From Phoronis australis (lineage: Eukaryota > Animalia > Phoronida): DNA of 64,000 nt. How positions within the stretch are numbered: the first letter of the stretch is position 1; every line of letters starts with the position of its first letter. Made by a program: the position numbers and the translations under genes. The notes beneath the pieces were generated by a model. That model saw nothing but the letters and a program-made list of their open reading frames with translations, was not told the DNA's origin and searched no databases. Where the stretch lies: positions 93,401 to 157,400 of the forward strand of contig NMRA01000305.1 in assembly GCA_002633005.1 (NCBI GenBank), written 5' to 3'. Below are positions 12,701 through 34,150 of the stretch, piece after piece.

Positions 12701-15425
12701 AAATGGAAGTCTACAGAGTGTTTGATACAGTATGGGGAAATGTTTTAGGCTACTCAATAATGATGTCAATGTCAACTAAGTACAAAAAGTCTAACACAGA
12801 AGTAAATTTTTCCTATGACGTAGACAGTCCAAGTGAAGTGTCTTTGTTAAGTCAGTCACATTTTTATGTCTTGATAGCAGAGTTTACGTTTTCTCTCAGT
12901 CTGTACGTGTAATATCTTGCACATTCTTACAGTCTGAATTCGATGTTCTGAAGCTGGTACAACATACTGCACTTCTGCACTACCAGAACTCTTGTAAAAA
13001 CTGCACAATACGCGAGTCCCCCTTGAATGCAAATTAGGTAGGGTAAACAAAACAATTCACTTGCATTTTCCATCTAGGCCTACCTGGACGGGAGTGTCTG
13101 GCCTGTTGATGACAACCAATATTTCTAAAAAGATATCAACTGAATTATCAAATGCTTGCAACTATGGAATTCGCATAATTTTCTGTATTGTCACAAACTC
13201 ATTCTTCCAGACCAAAATCATCTATTCTCATGTTAGAGCGAATTGTATTCATTTGTATTGCCGATGTCTGACGTTGTCGGCAAAAATTCGGTTCACCGTT
13301 TGTGACACGGATATCTTCGATTCGTTGACCGAGCCAGGCAATATCACTACCATCTGGCCCTGGATTATGTGTCGTATCTGCATCTGAGTCAACGTCAGTA
13401 TCTGAAACATCTCTCGGCTTTTTAAAATAATCCTTAGGTTTAGCGGTGCTTCGCTTTCGCGCGGCAGACGACATTTCTAAGTATGTAGAATGCGCATGTC
13501 AATTGGTAACGGAAGCCAGGATAGAATTCACTAACGTAAGAACCACGCTAGGTAAACAAAACTCTGCGAGATTACGCGAGATATTACCGCTTGATTTCAA
13601 TGAGAGCATGTGATTTTGGCTGCAATTTCTCAGCGCGAAACACATATATTTTGAACTTTACTCAGTGACGTCACCCGCTGTCCCAAATCTCGGAATACTC
13701 CCCCGAAACCGCAAACGTCACAACCACTGTCGAAGTTGAGTTTGCGAACGGCTCGGCAGATTTTTAGAGGGAGTATGCGCCACAAACATAATGTTCATGC
13801 TGCCAACGAAACTCCTTATAAGGCAACGAGATGAACTCGGTCAATCTCAATGGGCCGGTGGCACAAAAAGTAACCAATAATATTCATCTAAGTGAGAAAT
13901 ACACAAACAACAACCAATGAGAACCATCAAAGGCAGTTTCATGCAAATGTTTTTGAGACTGGTATCGGTAAAGTCTGTCGTGGGGCCCACGGAATATTGA
14001 AAAATGTGCTACGAAAACCAAAATTCTGGCCTCCCAGAAGACGGCCGTTGCATAAACGGCTGCGCAACGGTGTCTTTGCTGACAACATACACTTCGCAGA
14101 ACTAACCACCGAGCCTTAATTATTTTATTTTCAATGGGTAATATGATTAGTTCTCCGCCGAACACAAAAAGGTGACTGCAAAAGCGAAAAGGCCTAACGC
14201 AACGATCAGCGACTTTCGTGCCGGACTGCACCTCCAGTGAGCAGGTAGTGGATTAGGCGTATAGGTAGCACTGGGCCTTTGTTTAAATTGACTAGTTGTT
14301 CCGGGATGAATTGAAAAGATAATCGAGAGATTATTTACACGCCGCGTTACATCATAAATAGACTTGCGGCCCGGTCTGCCGCTTGAGTGAGTCCGTTGAT
14401 TAGGCTGTCCACAACGATCCACCGACTTTCTTAGGCTTAGCCTTTATTCAGTTTCAATGGGCTATGGCCAGTTGCTGTCAAGCGTAATTTGAACCAGTGA
14501 AGAACTTATTAACGACGACGACGTCTTTTTTACAAAGTAGAACCTATATTTTTAAACTGGTCGCGGGATTTTTAAACAGGACGCTGGATTTTTAAACAGG
14601 ACGCGGGACATTTAAACAGGACGCGCGCTCGGCCAAACAGGACGCTGTGACACGTTAAAAGTGGTCGTGGAGAACACTGGACAGCCTTCTTATTCAATCA
14701 TTCCTGAATGAATCTCACATCCAAACTACTGGCAAATCTATATTGCCGCAGTATCACTCGGCTGCAGATCGTGACAAGAACGGATCTTTGTGAATTTTTC
14801 GCCAATAGATTTTGTTAGGATTACCTCGTCAGTATTCTACATGGCAAAAAATTCAAATTCAACTGGAATTACAAAAATTACATGACCGAAAGTCCAAGTA
14901 TACACTGAGGGGAGATTGTGAGCTAAGTCTTGGAATAAATTCACTGAACTTGCACAAAAAATTCCAAAATCTCCTGATTTGCTTAAGAAATGACTTATCT
15001 CCAATAATTCACACTCGTTGCATCAATTTTCAAACTCGACGAAAGTAAGCAAACTCGTCACGACGAAATTGAAACGCGACGCCCTGAAGAGCCAAAACAG
15101 TTGTGGAGAACACTGCCCGTAGGTACCGATGGCTTAGTTATACCATATTTCAACATCCTAATAACTGTTGAAATGATGTGCGACTAGGTCTTTAAATAGC
15201 TACAAGACAAAAGCCAAACGAGCAGTTAGTTCCATGTCTTTTTAACTCTTCAACAAGTCCAACCACAAACACTACTAATCGCATCTATGAAAAGATACTA
15301 TCAGAGCTCCAGTCGATGGATGAGATGGCGCCACTGTGAGGGTTAAACTGTTTCAGACTAGTATAACCAGCACAGTCCCATATTTTGATGTCGTTTCCAG
15401 CCGTGGCAAGCTTGATGTCAGTCAT
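663..15425 (-). CDS. NEDD1: NEDD1 (GCP-WD, gamma-tubulin ring complex targeting factor); complement(join(663..767,2209..2468,2902..3165,5004..5091,6332..6533,7500..7729,8910..9050,10686..10802,12182..12276,15299..15425)), ~542 aa
   Basis: Ten GT-AG exons join in frame (1629 nt). N-terminal WD40 repeats (DIKIWD, FNWNDAYIAS, YSLFKKSLLGSASDDGAVNLWD, AHKSSVQC) and C-terminal coiled coil (DILNLHVDMIKQF...YSVNEQLVAEVERLR) closely resemble vertebrate NEDD1. Confidence 0.93.
860..1040. repeat. Degenerate ~66-bp tandem repeat (about 3 units) in the last NEDD1 intron
   Basis: Recurrent TGAGTGGA(T/C)GGC...GCCCA(G/A)G(A/G)(T/C)GAGGT. Confidence 0.7.
2209..2468 (-). CDS. NEDD1: NEDD1 coding exon 9 (...QPFHMEFVKNMIEDAMDEVRDQMRRDILNLHVDMIKQFYTHQ)
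   Basis: Polypyrimidine CAG acceptor, GTAAAG donor; conserved NEDD1 C-terminal helix. Confidence 0.9.
2902..3165 (-). CDS. NEDD1: NEDD1 coding exon 8 (Ser-rich linker with 30-bp internal repeats)
   Basis: TAG acceptor, GTGAGA donor, phase 1-1, compatible with neighbouring exons. Confidence 0.7.
3279..3374. repeat. Palindromic ~95-bp foldback element (related copy at ~26550-26641)
   Basis: GTCGGATATAACGTGCCC...TTTTGAGAACCAGTTT pairs with AAACTGGTTCTCAAAAT...GGGCATGTTATATCCGAC. Confidence 0.8.
3530..4810 (+). mobile_element. Internally repetitive element with CTCF-like motifs and a terminal hairpin (Helentron/DINE-like by inference)
   Basis: Duplicated ~410-bp unit (4040-4330 vs 4450-4740); hairpin ATGTGCCCACAT...ATGTGGGCATAT near 4759-4788. 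Confidence 0.45.
5004..5091 (-). CDS. NEDD1: NEDD1 coding exon 7 (start of low-complexity linker)
   Basis: CAG/GTAGGT, phase 0 to 1, open frame IESVTKPPQK...; supported only by splice signals and phase. Confidence 0.7.
5143..5694. mobile_element. PIF/Harbinger-type MITE in NEDD1 intron 6
   Basis: ~40-bp TIRs GGGCTGTTCCAGCAAAATCTGTGTGGGAGGGG / CCCCTCCCATACAGATTTTACTGGAACAGCCC with TAA on both sides; second copy at 63471. Confidence 0.88.
6332..6533 (-). CDS. NEDD1: NEDD1 coding exon 6 (AVKTMMADQPL...AHKSSVQCLKFQ)
   Basis: 202 nt, phase 2 to 0, last WD40 repeats. Confidence 0.93.
6770..7160. repeat. Interspersed repeat, direct copy at ~31373-31735
   Basis: Shared ATTGCTTGGTCAAATTAGTT...GTGTCCAGTAAGTATCGTGACGTGGTGT...AAATAGCATTGTCATTTAGTTC. 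Confidence 0.8.
7500..7729 (-). CDS. NEDD1: NEDD1 coding exon 5 (AVRQLQYSLFKKSLLGS...YDVQGK)
   Basis: 230 nt, TAG/GTAAGT; near-identical to the NEDD1 YSLFKKSLLGS motif. Confidence 0.94.
7785..8025. repeat. Degenerate ~55-75-bp tandem repeat (4 units)
   Basis: ACAATCA(A/G)GA(G/A)GCT...AAGGTGGCGCTT. Confidence 0.7.
8910..9050 (-). CDS. NEDD1: NEDD1 coding exon 4 (DHKAAITSVQFNWNDAYIASSSERGEII...)
   Basis: 141 nt, phase 0-0, WD40 repeat matching NEDD1. Confidence 0.92.
10686..10802 (-). CDS. NEDD1: NEDD1 coding exon 3 (EGRTCVALNTNSRYLLTGG...KTYK)
   Basis: 117 nt, CAG/GT boundaries, WD40 repeat. Confidence 0.92.
10850..11180. repeat. Degenerate ~60-bp tandem repeat
   Basis: TAGCTCAACAGTCCAAGCTTAATT variants about every 60 nt. 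Confidence 0.65.
11325..11627. repeat. 14-bp minisatellite (TTTCAAACGCTACG)n
   Basis: About 21 units with variants CTACCTCTCAGTCG and CTACCTTCCAAACG. Confidence 0.95.
12182..12276 (-). CDS. NEDD1: NEDD1 coding exon 2 (NGFLASASTAGDKVVL...)
   Basis: AG...GTAAGT boundaries, phase 1 to 0; resembles NNFLVTASSSGDKIVV of vertebrate NEDD1. Confidence 0.88.
12442..15115. mobile_element. Non-autonomous TIR DNA transposon(s), hAT-like, in NEDD1 first coding intron
   Basis: CAGTGTTCTCCAC ends at 12442 (degenerate copy at 12517) and GTGGAGAACACTG ends at 14679 and 15115; subterminal 20-bp repeats TTTAAACAGGACGCG at ~14550-14645. Confidence 0.65.
15299..15425 (-). CDS. NEDD1: NEDD1 first coding exon (MTDIKLATAGNDIKIWD...WSSD)
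   Basis: ATG at 15425, acceptor CAG at 15450-15448, phase-1 donor GTATCTTTT at 15298; matches the NEDD1 N-terminus. Confidence 0.9.
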
Positions 15426-16315
15426 CTTGGAAGTCTGTTACCATTAACTGAAAAAGATTGTAAATAACAATCTTACTTTCATATAAATTGTTCCTCGTCG
15501 AAACCATCCAAGTAATTTTTCATACTATATTGATACAAAAAACAGTTTTGTCGTCGACTTCAAAACATGAGGCTTGTGACATGTGCCTTTTGTTTTCAAT
15601 TATCATAAAATGATGACAACTTCATTGAAGCAGAAAAAGAGGACTGGTCTTTTTGGCAATTACTGACAACATTCAGTGTTGGCGATTTTCCAATCTGGAA
15701 ACTACCATTTCAAACAAGATGATGGCCATTCAAACGTGTAACAGTTGATGCTAAATAGGTGTCTGTCAAATGTTAAAGCAATTTTCACCAAGTAACGGCA
15801 ATGTCGGTTATTCAGTGAAAACTGGTTCCTAAGAAGCCAGTTCACCTTTTCACTCGACTTTTACCCACATAGCATTTTATTTAAGGTGCTCGAAGTTGAC
15901 ACATTGCCTCACAAATAGTTATTGTGACGCCAATCAAAGGATAGGCAGCAGCCATGATTGAATGCCTGGGTAGTTAGCTTTCGATGAACATGTCAAACAC
16001 TGCCACACAGTGGCAAGATTGAGAACCTCACGTGACTTCTTCCAGAACTGATGTTGCCATGGCTCTTTCTATGTATTATAAGAAATTTGCAAGAAAATGA
16101 CTTCAACTGGACTACACTAGATTATGAGAGGCGAGCTCTGAAAAGATAGAAAACTGCTAACTGTGGACAAGGTCAACTCTCAATCTGCTTACCTATCTGG
16201 TAAGCTGTAAACAAAATTTATGAGAACGAGTCATTTGCTTATTAGACGGAGATCACCGTCTCTAGCTGACCAGTAAAGACGGTGACAACCGTCTCTGGCT
16301 GGCCAGTAGAGATGT

Positions 16316-16950
16316 TGTAGCTCCTACGCCGGAAGCTTTTTGGCAAATTATTCATCACACTGACTAAAACATCAACGTCACGTTGTTATAAATACCTTTT
16401 GTGCATGGAAGGACACCTTAGGAGGCCATCGATGTCTTTAATTCCTTCCAACTCCAGCAAATACTCCCATAATCAAACTTTTTCTTCAAGCAGTCCCTTG
16501 TTCACTTCCCAAAATTGGAAACTGGCCATTTTTAACATAAGGGACAGATCCAGGACTTTGAGTTAGGGGGGCCAGGGCAGAGTATTAGCCAGGATTTTGT
16601 CCAAATCGAATATGGAGAATTTTAGGGGGGTCATGGCCACCCCTTAAATCCACCGCTGAACACTGCTCGCAGTAGGTGGTATGACATCATATCCCCAGGC
16701 GAGCAGTGTAAAAATGACCAGTTACCCATTTTGGGAACTGAACGTGGGACTGCTAGAAGAAAAAGTTTGATAACAGGGGTATTTGACTTGTTGGAGTTGG
16801 AAGCAATTAAAGACATCGACGGCCTCTGGCTAGCCTAAGGTGTCCCTCGGCCTCTATGCAAAAAAGGTATTTAGAACAACATGACTTTGATGTTTTAGTC
16901 AGTGTAAGGCATATTTTGCTGAAAAGCTTCTGGCGTATGAAGCCGCTATA
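16316..16950. repeat. Long imperfect inverted repeat (arms 16316-16534 and 16709-16950); third arm copy at ~17965-18110
   Basis: CTGACTAAAACATCAA...TCTTTAATTCCTTCCAACTCC...TCAAACTTTTTCTTC pairs with the right arm. Confidence 0.8.
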
Positions 16951-17142
16951 GGAGGTCCACCCTGTCTATTCCATTGCCATTGCCTTGCCTTTGGGCTTGG
17001 CTTGGGCCAGCTAGAGTCAGAGTCAGACTCGGACTCGGAGTCAGAGACCGGTGGCGGTGGTCAATGTCGTCAATGACATAAAAAAGTTGCGGAAACGAAA
17101 GTTCCGCTGACAATACGGAATCCCATTGAATGACTAACGTAC

Positions 17143-17499
17143 TGAAAAGGCACAAAGAGCAAATCGGCTCACAATTCCGTGACATCTATTGATTTTTTCT
17201 TAGGAAACATCATTGCACCACACATTCCATTAACGAGATCGAGATAGAATTTATCCGCCACAAAACATAAGATTCAGAACGAGGCTAATAATGTTACTTA
17301 GCAATACACCTATTACTAATTATTCCTAATAATGTGTCATAAAAAATGTATCAAAGATTGAATCGTAATTTTAGGGGCATTAATTGTTTCTAAAAATTAC
17401 ACTATTTCGATTATCAGTCCAAATAATTCGCTTTGAGTAAATATTTTAGCAATCGAGCCTGTATTGACCTAAATGACTATTACAAATGTACAAATCAAG
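17143..17499. promoter_or_regulatory. Putative bidirectional promoter between NEDD1 and MBD4
   Basis: Divergent start codons 2.07 kb apart. A candidate NEDD1 5'-UTR donor (A/GTACGT, minus strand, 17142) and an acceptor at 15448 would place both TSSs in this interval. Confidence 0.5.
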
Positions 17500-30075
<12,576 letters not shown>

Positions 30076-30829
30076 AGGCTTGCCACATTGCTCATTATTG
30101 GTACCCAGGGTGTGGGTTTGATAAATACTTGCAGGCGGTCTGGTACCCATTGTACCAGACGTGCGCAGGCTGCGCATGTGGGTCCATTGCACTGATCAAC
30201 ACAGTCTCTTATATTCAAAGATGTGTTCTCATTTACTGTGATTTTTAGCAGAGACAATGTAAAAATACCATTGGGTCGATTTTTGGCTGGAGAATCTTAT
30301 GTTATATAGAGCATGTTTTTGTCAGTAGATTCCACGAATGGGTTTTATTACTTGAGGCGCTTGTTTCCAGGTGTGCTTACCCGCTAGGAGATTAAATTTG
30401 AATTTGTAAGATTTTTATACTTTAGTATGGTATGGTATGGTATTGTAATACATTGCATTCCTTTATATTAAAGGACATTGTATTGCCTGGAGTTGCATTG
30501 TGAACCAGTTTTCAAAGTGGCAAGGTCACTATTTTTATGAAAAATGTCTTTTTCGAAATGTTTTATTGTTATATTTGATTGTTAGAAAGTGGAGGGAAGA
30601 CATAGAGACTGAAGAGTGTCTTAACCACATTTGGTAAGAATTCATACAATAAGCCATTTTTTAGCATTTTTACGCTTCATATTACAAATAGTTAATGTTT
30701 CTCTGGATAGTACGCAATGTTGCAGAACAGTATAATTTTATTTTATTTTATTTTATCCAAAAGTTCAACAAGAGTTAACAAGAGGACAGTTTTACTTGTG
30801 TAACAATTTTGGCCATCAGTTTTGTTCGA

Positions 30830-31326
30830 ATTTCAGGAAAGTTTACTTGTATAATGAAGTAAGGTACTATACTGTCTGACATTTCAGGAAAGTTTACTTG
30901 TATAATGAAGTAAGGTACTATAATGTCTGACATTTCAGGAAAGTTTACTCGTATAATGAAGTAAGGTACTATACTTTCTGACATTTCAGGAAAGTTTATT
31001 TGTTTTAAGAAGTAAGGTACTATACTGTCTGACATTTCAGGAAAGTTTATTTGTATAAAGAAGTAAGGTACTATACTGTCTGACATTTCAGGAAAGTTTA
31101 TTTGTATAAAGAAGTAAAAGGTACTATACTGTCTGACATTTCAGGAAAGAAGTAAGGTACTATACTGTCTGACATTGCAGGAAAGTTTATTTGTATAAAG
31201 AAGTAAGGTACTATACTGTCTGACATTTCAGGAAAGTTTATTTGTATAAAGAAGTAAGGTACTATACTGTCTGACATTTCAGGAAAGTTTACTTGTATAA
31301 TGAAGTAAGGTACTATACTGTCTGAC
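30830..31326. repeat. 51-bp minisatellite (~10 units) downstream of the MBD4 stop
   Basis: ATTTCAGGAAAGTTTA(C/T)TTGTATAA(T/A)GAAGTAAGGTACTATACTGTCTGAC. Confidence 0.95.
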
Positions 31327-33057
31327 AATTCTTTGCTATTTTCTTCTTGTACAATACAGTATGTACTTAAAATGGAACTTGCACGCGAACTCCTTATGTG
31401 ATTGCTTGGTCAAATTAGTTAAGAACACAACTGATAGAGACAATGTGAATATGAAGTTCGTTAAAATTTTCAAAATGTTTTCGTGTCGAATATGATCTGC
31501 AGTAAATCACTGAACCGTGTCCAGTAAGTATCGTGACGTGGTGTTGAGGAATAACGCTGCGTGATGCTGGGTATGTTACGTCATTATTGCGAAGGTCACC
31601 TATTTGCAGATTATTTTTTTTTGTTTTCATATTTACAAGTTGTCAGTGATTACAACTGCAGCTTCTTTAATGTAGATGATGTTCAAATAGCATTGTCATT
31701 TAGTTCTTGCTGTACATTAGTATAGTTAGGAGCATTCACTGTCACATATTTAATGTTATGCAGGACCTTATCCACAAGTCTTTGCATTTAACAAAATATT
31801 CAGACACAACACAGGAAAAGTATTTATTTTCTGAAAATAGAAAGTCAACGAATTTGATTTTTGACTGTTTAGTAAACTGTTGTTAATCGGATCACATGAC
31901 CGTGTCTTTTTAGTAAAATTTTAGCAAAGAAAAGAATGGTACATTGATATCAAAACAACGGTGTCAATCACGTGAGTGTCGATCACGTGATCAAATTTTA
32001 TTTGATATGAATGTTATTTGAAAGTGAAACAGCGTGAGGCTGAATAGAGATAGGGATCATTTATTATTTTCTCGACTTGCAAGATGTAGTGCTAAACGTA
32101 CAAAAAAATAATTGACACAACATCAGTCTTTTCTGACATACGGTGCTCGGAAGTTTGCCAAATTTAGCCATTTTATGGGGTCCTACATAACCTTTTATGA
32201 TCTCTGAGTAAGTTTCATTGTCACTAGCTCATAGGCTTTGGGTAGTTAGTATTGAGCGCCTCCTAGTGTTGATTTTGTTTTTCAAGAGAATAAAATGATG
32301 TTTTATAACATTAGGTGACCTAAATTAAATTTTATTTTTTGACAGAAGTTCGAGATTTATTTTTGCTTGATAATCCCAGTTGCAAATCAATTGAGACTGA
32401 CTTAAACCATTGATTTTTTTGACTGCCGGAAAAAAAACTTTTTATGAAACCTTCAATTACATGCTATGAACATTCCCACTAAATAAAATTGGTTCTAACC
32501 CTGGTGTTTAAGGTAACAGGCGGGGTATGGAAAATTGAACTAGACCGTATTTATCCACCTTGGCTGAGACGCGCTCGGCTCATGCTCAAAGGGATGCCGC
32601 CAAGCTGCTCTATTCATCGAGTCACGAGCGAGGATAATTGACTTCGCTCATGCGGATATGATCAGCTGATTACAGTCTAGCCTAACAACTGTACTTTTTA
32701 TGGAGAGAATTTTACGTAGTTTTTACTGTAATATTTGAAAAGAGGAGCGAAAANATAAGTGCTGTGAGCTACCAATCACCTGTGAACTGTCAGTCAAACA
32801 ACTTAGCACCCTCTAGTGCCAGTTTTGTGACTCGTAACACAACCTGAGTAACCATGATCTGACTGAATAAAGTTCTTTTACGCGCAGACGAAAATTCAAA
32901 GTACTTGTTAGTAACTGGAGGTGTGTTCTGTTTTGGGTTTGTCCCCATGGTGGCTTAGAACTTTGCTGAAGTTGTAAGTCACGGGTGTCCTGTTACACAC
33001 AGTAGACCTTTTGAAATTAACTTACAAAGTCAATCCAAGCAGATCTTTGTGAATCCT

Positions 33058-33210
33058 GCCTCCCGTTCAGTAAAGCTAGGACCTCGCTAAAAAGCAAGAC
33101 TTCGCGAGATTACGTGAGATATTGCCGTGCATTTGAAATGAGAACACGTGACTTTGACTAGATTTTAGCTAGGTCCTAGCGTAGGTCCTAGCGTCTACTG
33201 AACGCACGCC
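33058..33210. mobile_element. ~155-bp MITE family (also 42184-42336 inverted; partial copies at ~13525-13625, 35003-35118, 35324-35422)
   Basis: TIRs GCCTCCCGTTCAGTA / TACTGAACGCACGCC and shared core TTCGCGAGATTACGTGAGATATTGCCGTG. Confidence 0.8.
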
Positions 33211-33944
33211 TGCTTTTATTCATACAGTTGTACCATCTGACCCCTTTAAGTAAGTAAGCGTAAAAAGGATTTATGGTCATCATGGTTGAGAAGTTAATTG
33301 TTTTATTACTCCCGATTGGTCTTGAATAGTCTAGTCCAGAATACAATAGAGAACAATGCTGGTAAAGGTGTTTGTCAGCCAGCTTAAAAATCGAGCTTGA
33401 TATTACTTGTTTTAACTTATGTAAGAGACAAAAATGTATGTTTTATTCTCTTGAAAGTTCTTTTGAATCTTAGAGCGCGTAAGATTTGGGGAAAGCGCTA
33501 TACTGTTGGTTTACGGTTATTTTTACTACAGAGTAAATCTATTGATCTGACGTGATTTTATCCAGAGCTAGCCTGCTTTGTTTTATGCCATCGACCCTGT
33601 CGGCTTTATCTTGGCGGGAGGGAATGTGCACATTGCGAATGTCAGACAACACTATAGTCTTTTATACGGAAAACAAACAAAAGCAAGCGTACATTGATTG
33701 GTCTATTGTTGAAACTATCTCGTTCGTCTCAGTGACAGACGTATGTGCCTGTCTTAAGTAGAGTTTACCGTTATTCAAACAATACGGCATGTGAGGCGCT
33801 GGACTGACTCGGGAGGAAACTACGCAGCATCCTTGAACGACGACCGAGCGAATTATTTCAATACCTGAAAACAAAAACACGTCTTGTCTTTCTAACGCAA
33901 TTCTCGTGGCAACTAATAGTTCCACATTCAGCATGCGCTCACCC

Positions 33945-34150
33945 AAGGGGGTCTCGGGGGCACGAACAACCCCCCCCCCTCCATTTGGCGAAGTGGACGA
34001 AAAGGTCCGCTTCAAAGAAATAAAACTCCGAAAAAAGTAGAAAACGATACAAAAGTCCTCTAAAAAAGCAGGAACTATCGGTGAATGTACAATTCTGAAC
34101 GTACCCCTTGAATCTGAGTAAAAGGTTCACATTCTCAAAAATTCGAGCCC
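33945..34150. repeat. Interspersed repeat, inverted copy at ~52908-53105
   Basis: GGCGAAGTGGACGAAAAGGTCCGC...AAAAGGTTCACATTCTCAAAA is the reverse complement of the 52.9-kb copy. Confidence 0.75.

Noticed and set aside
30830-31326. CRISPR-like array or repeat protein (ORFs 30775-31086 and 31098-31328)
   Set aside because: Head-to-tail 51-bp units with no unique spacers, in a eukaryotic context with no cas genes; the ORFs result from the unit length being a multiple of three.
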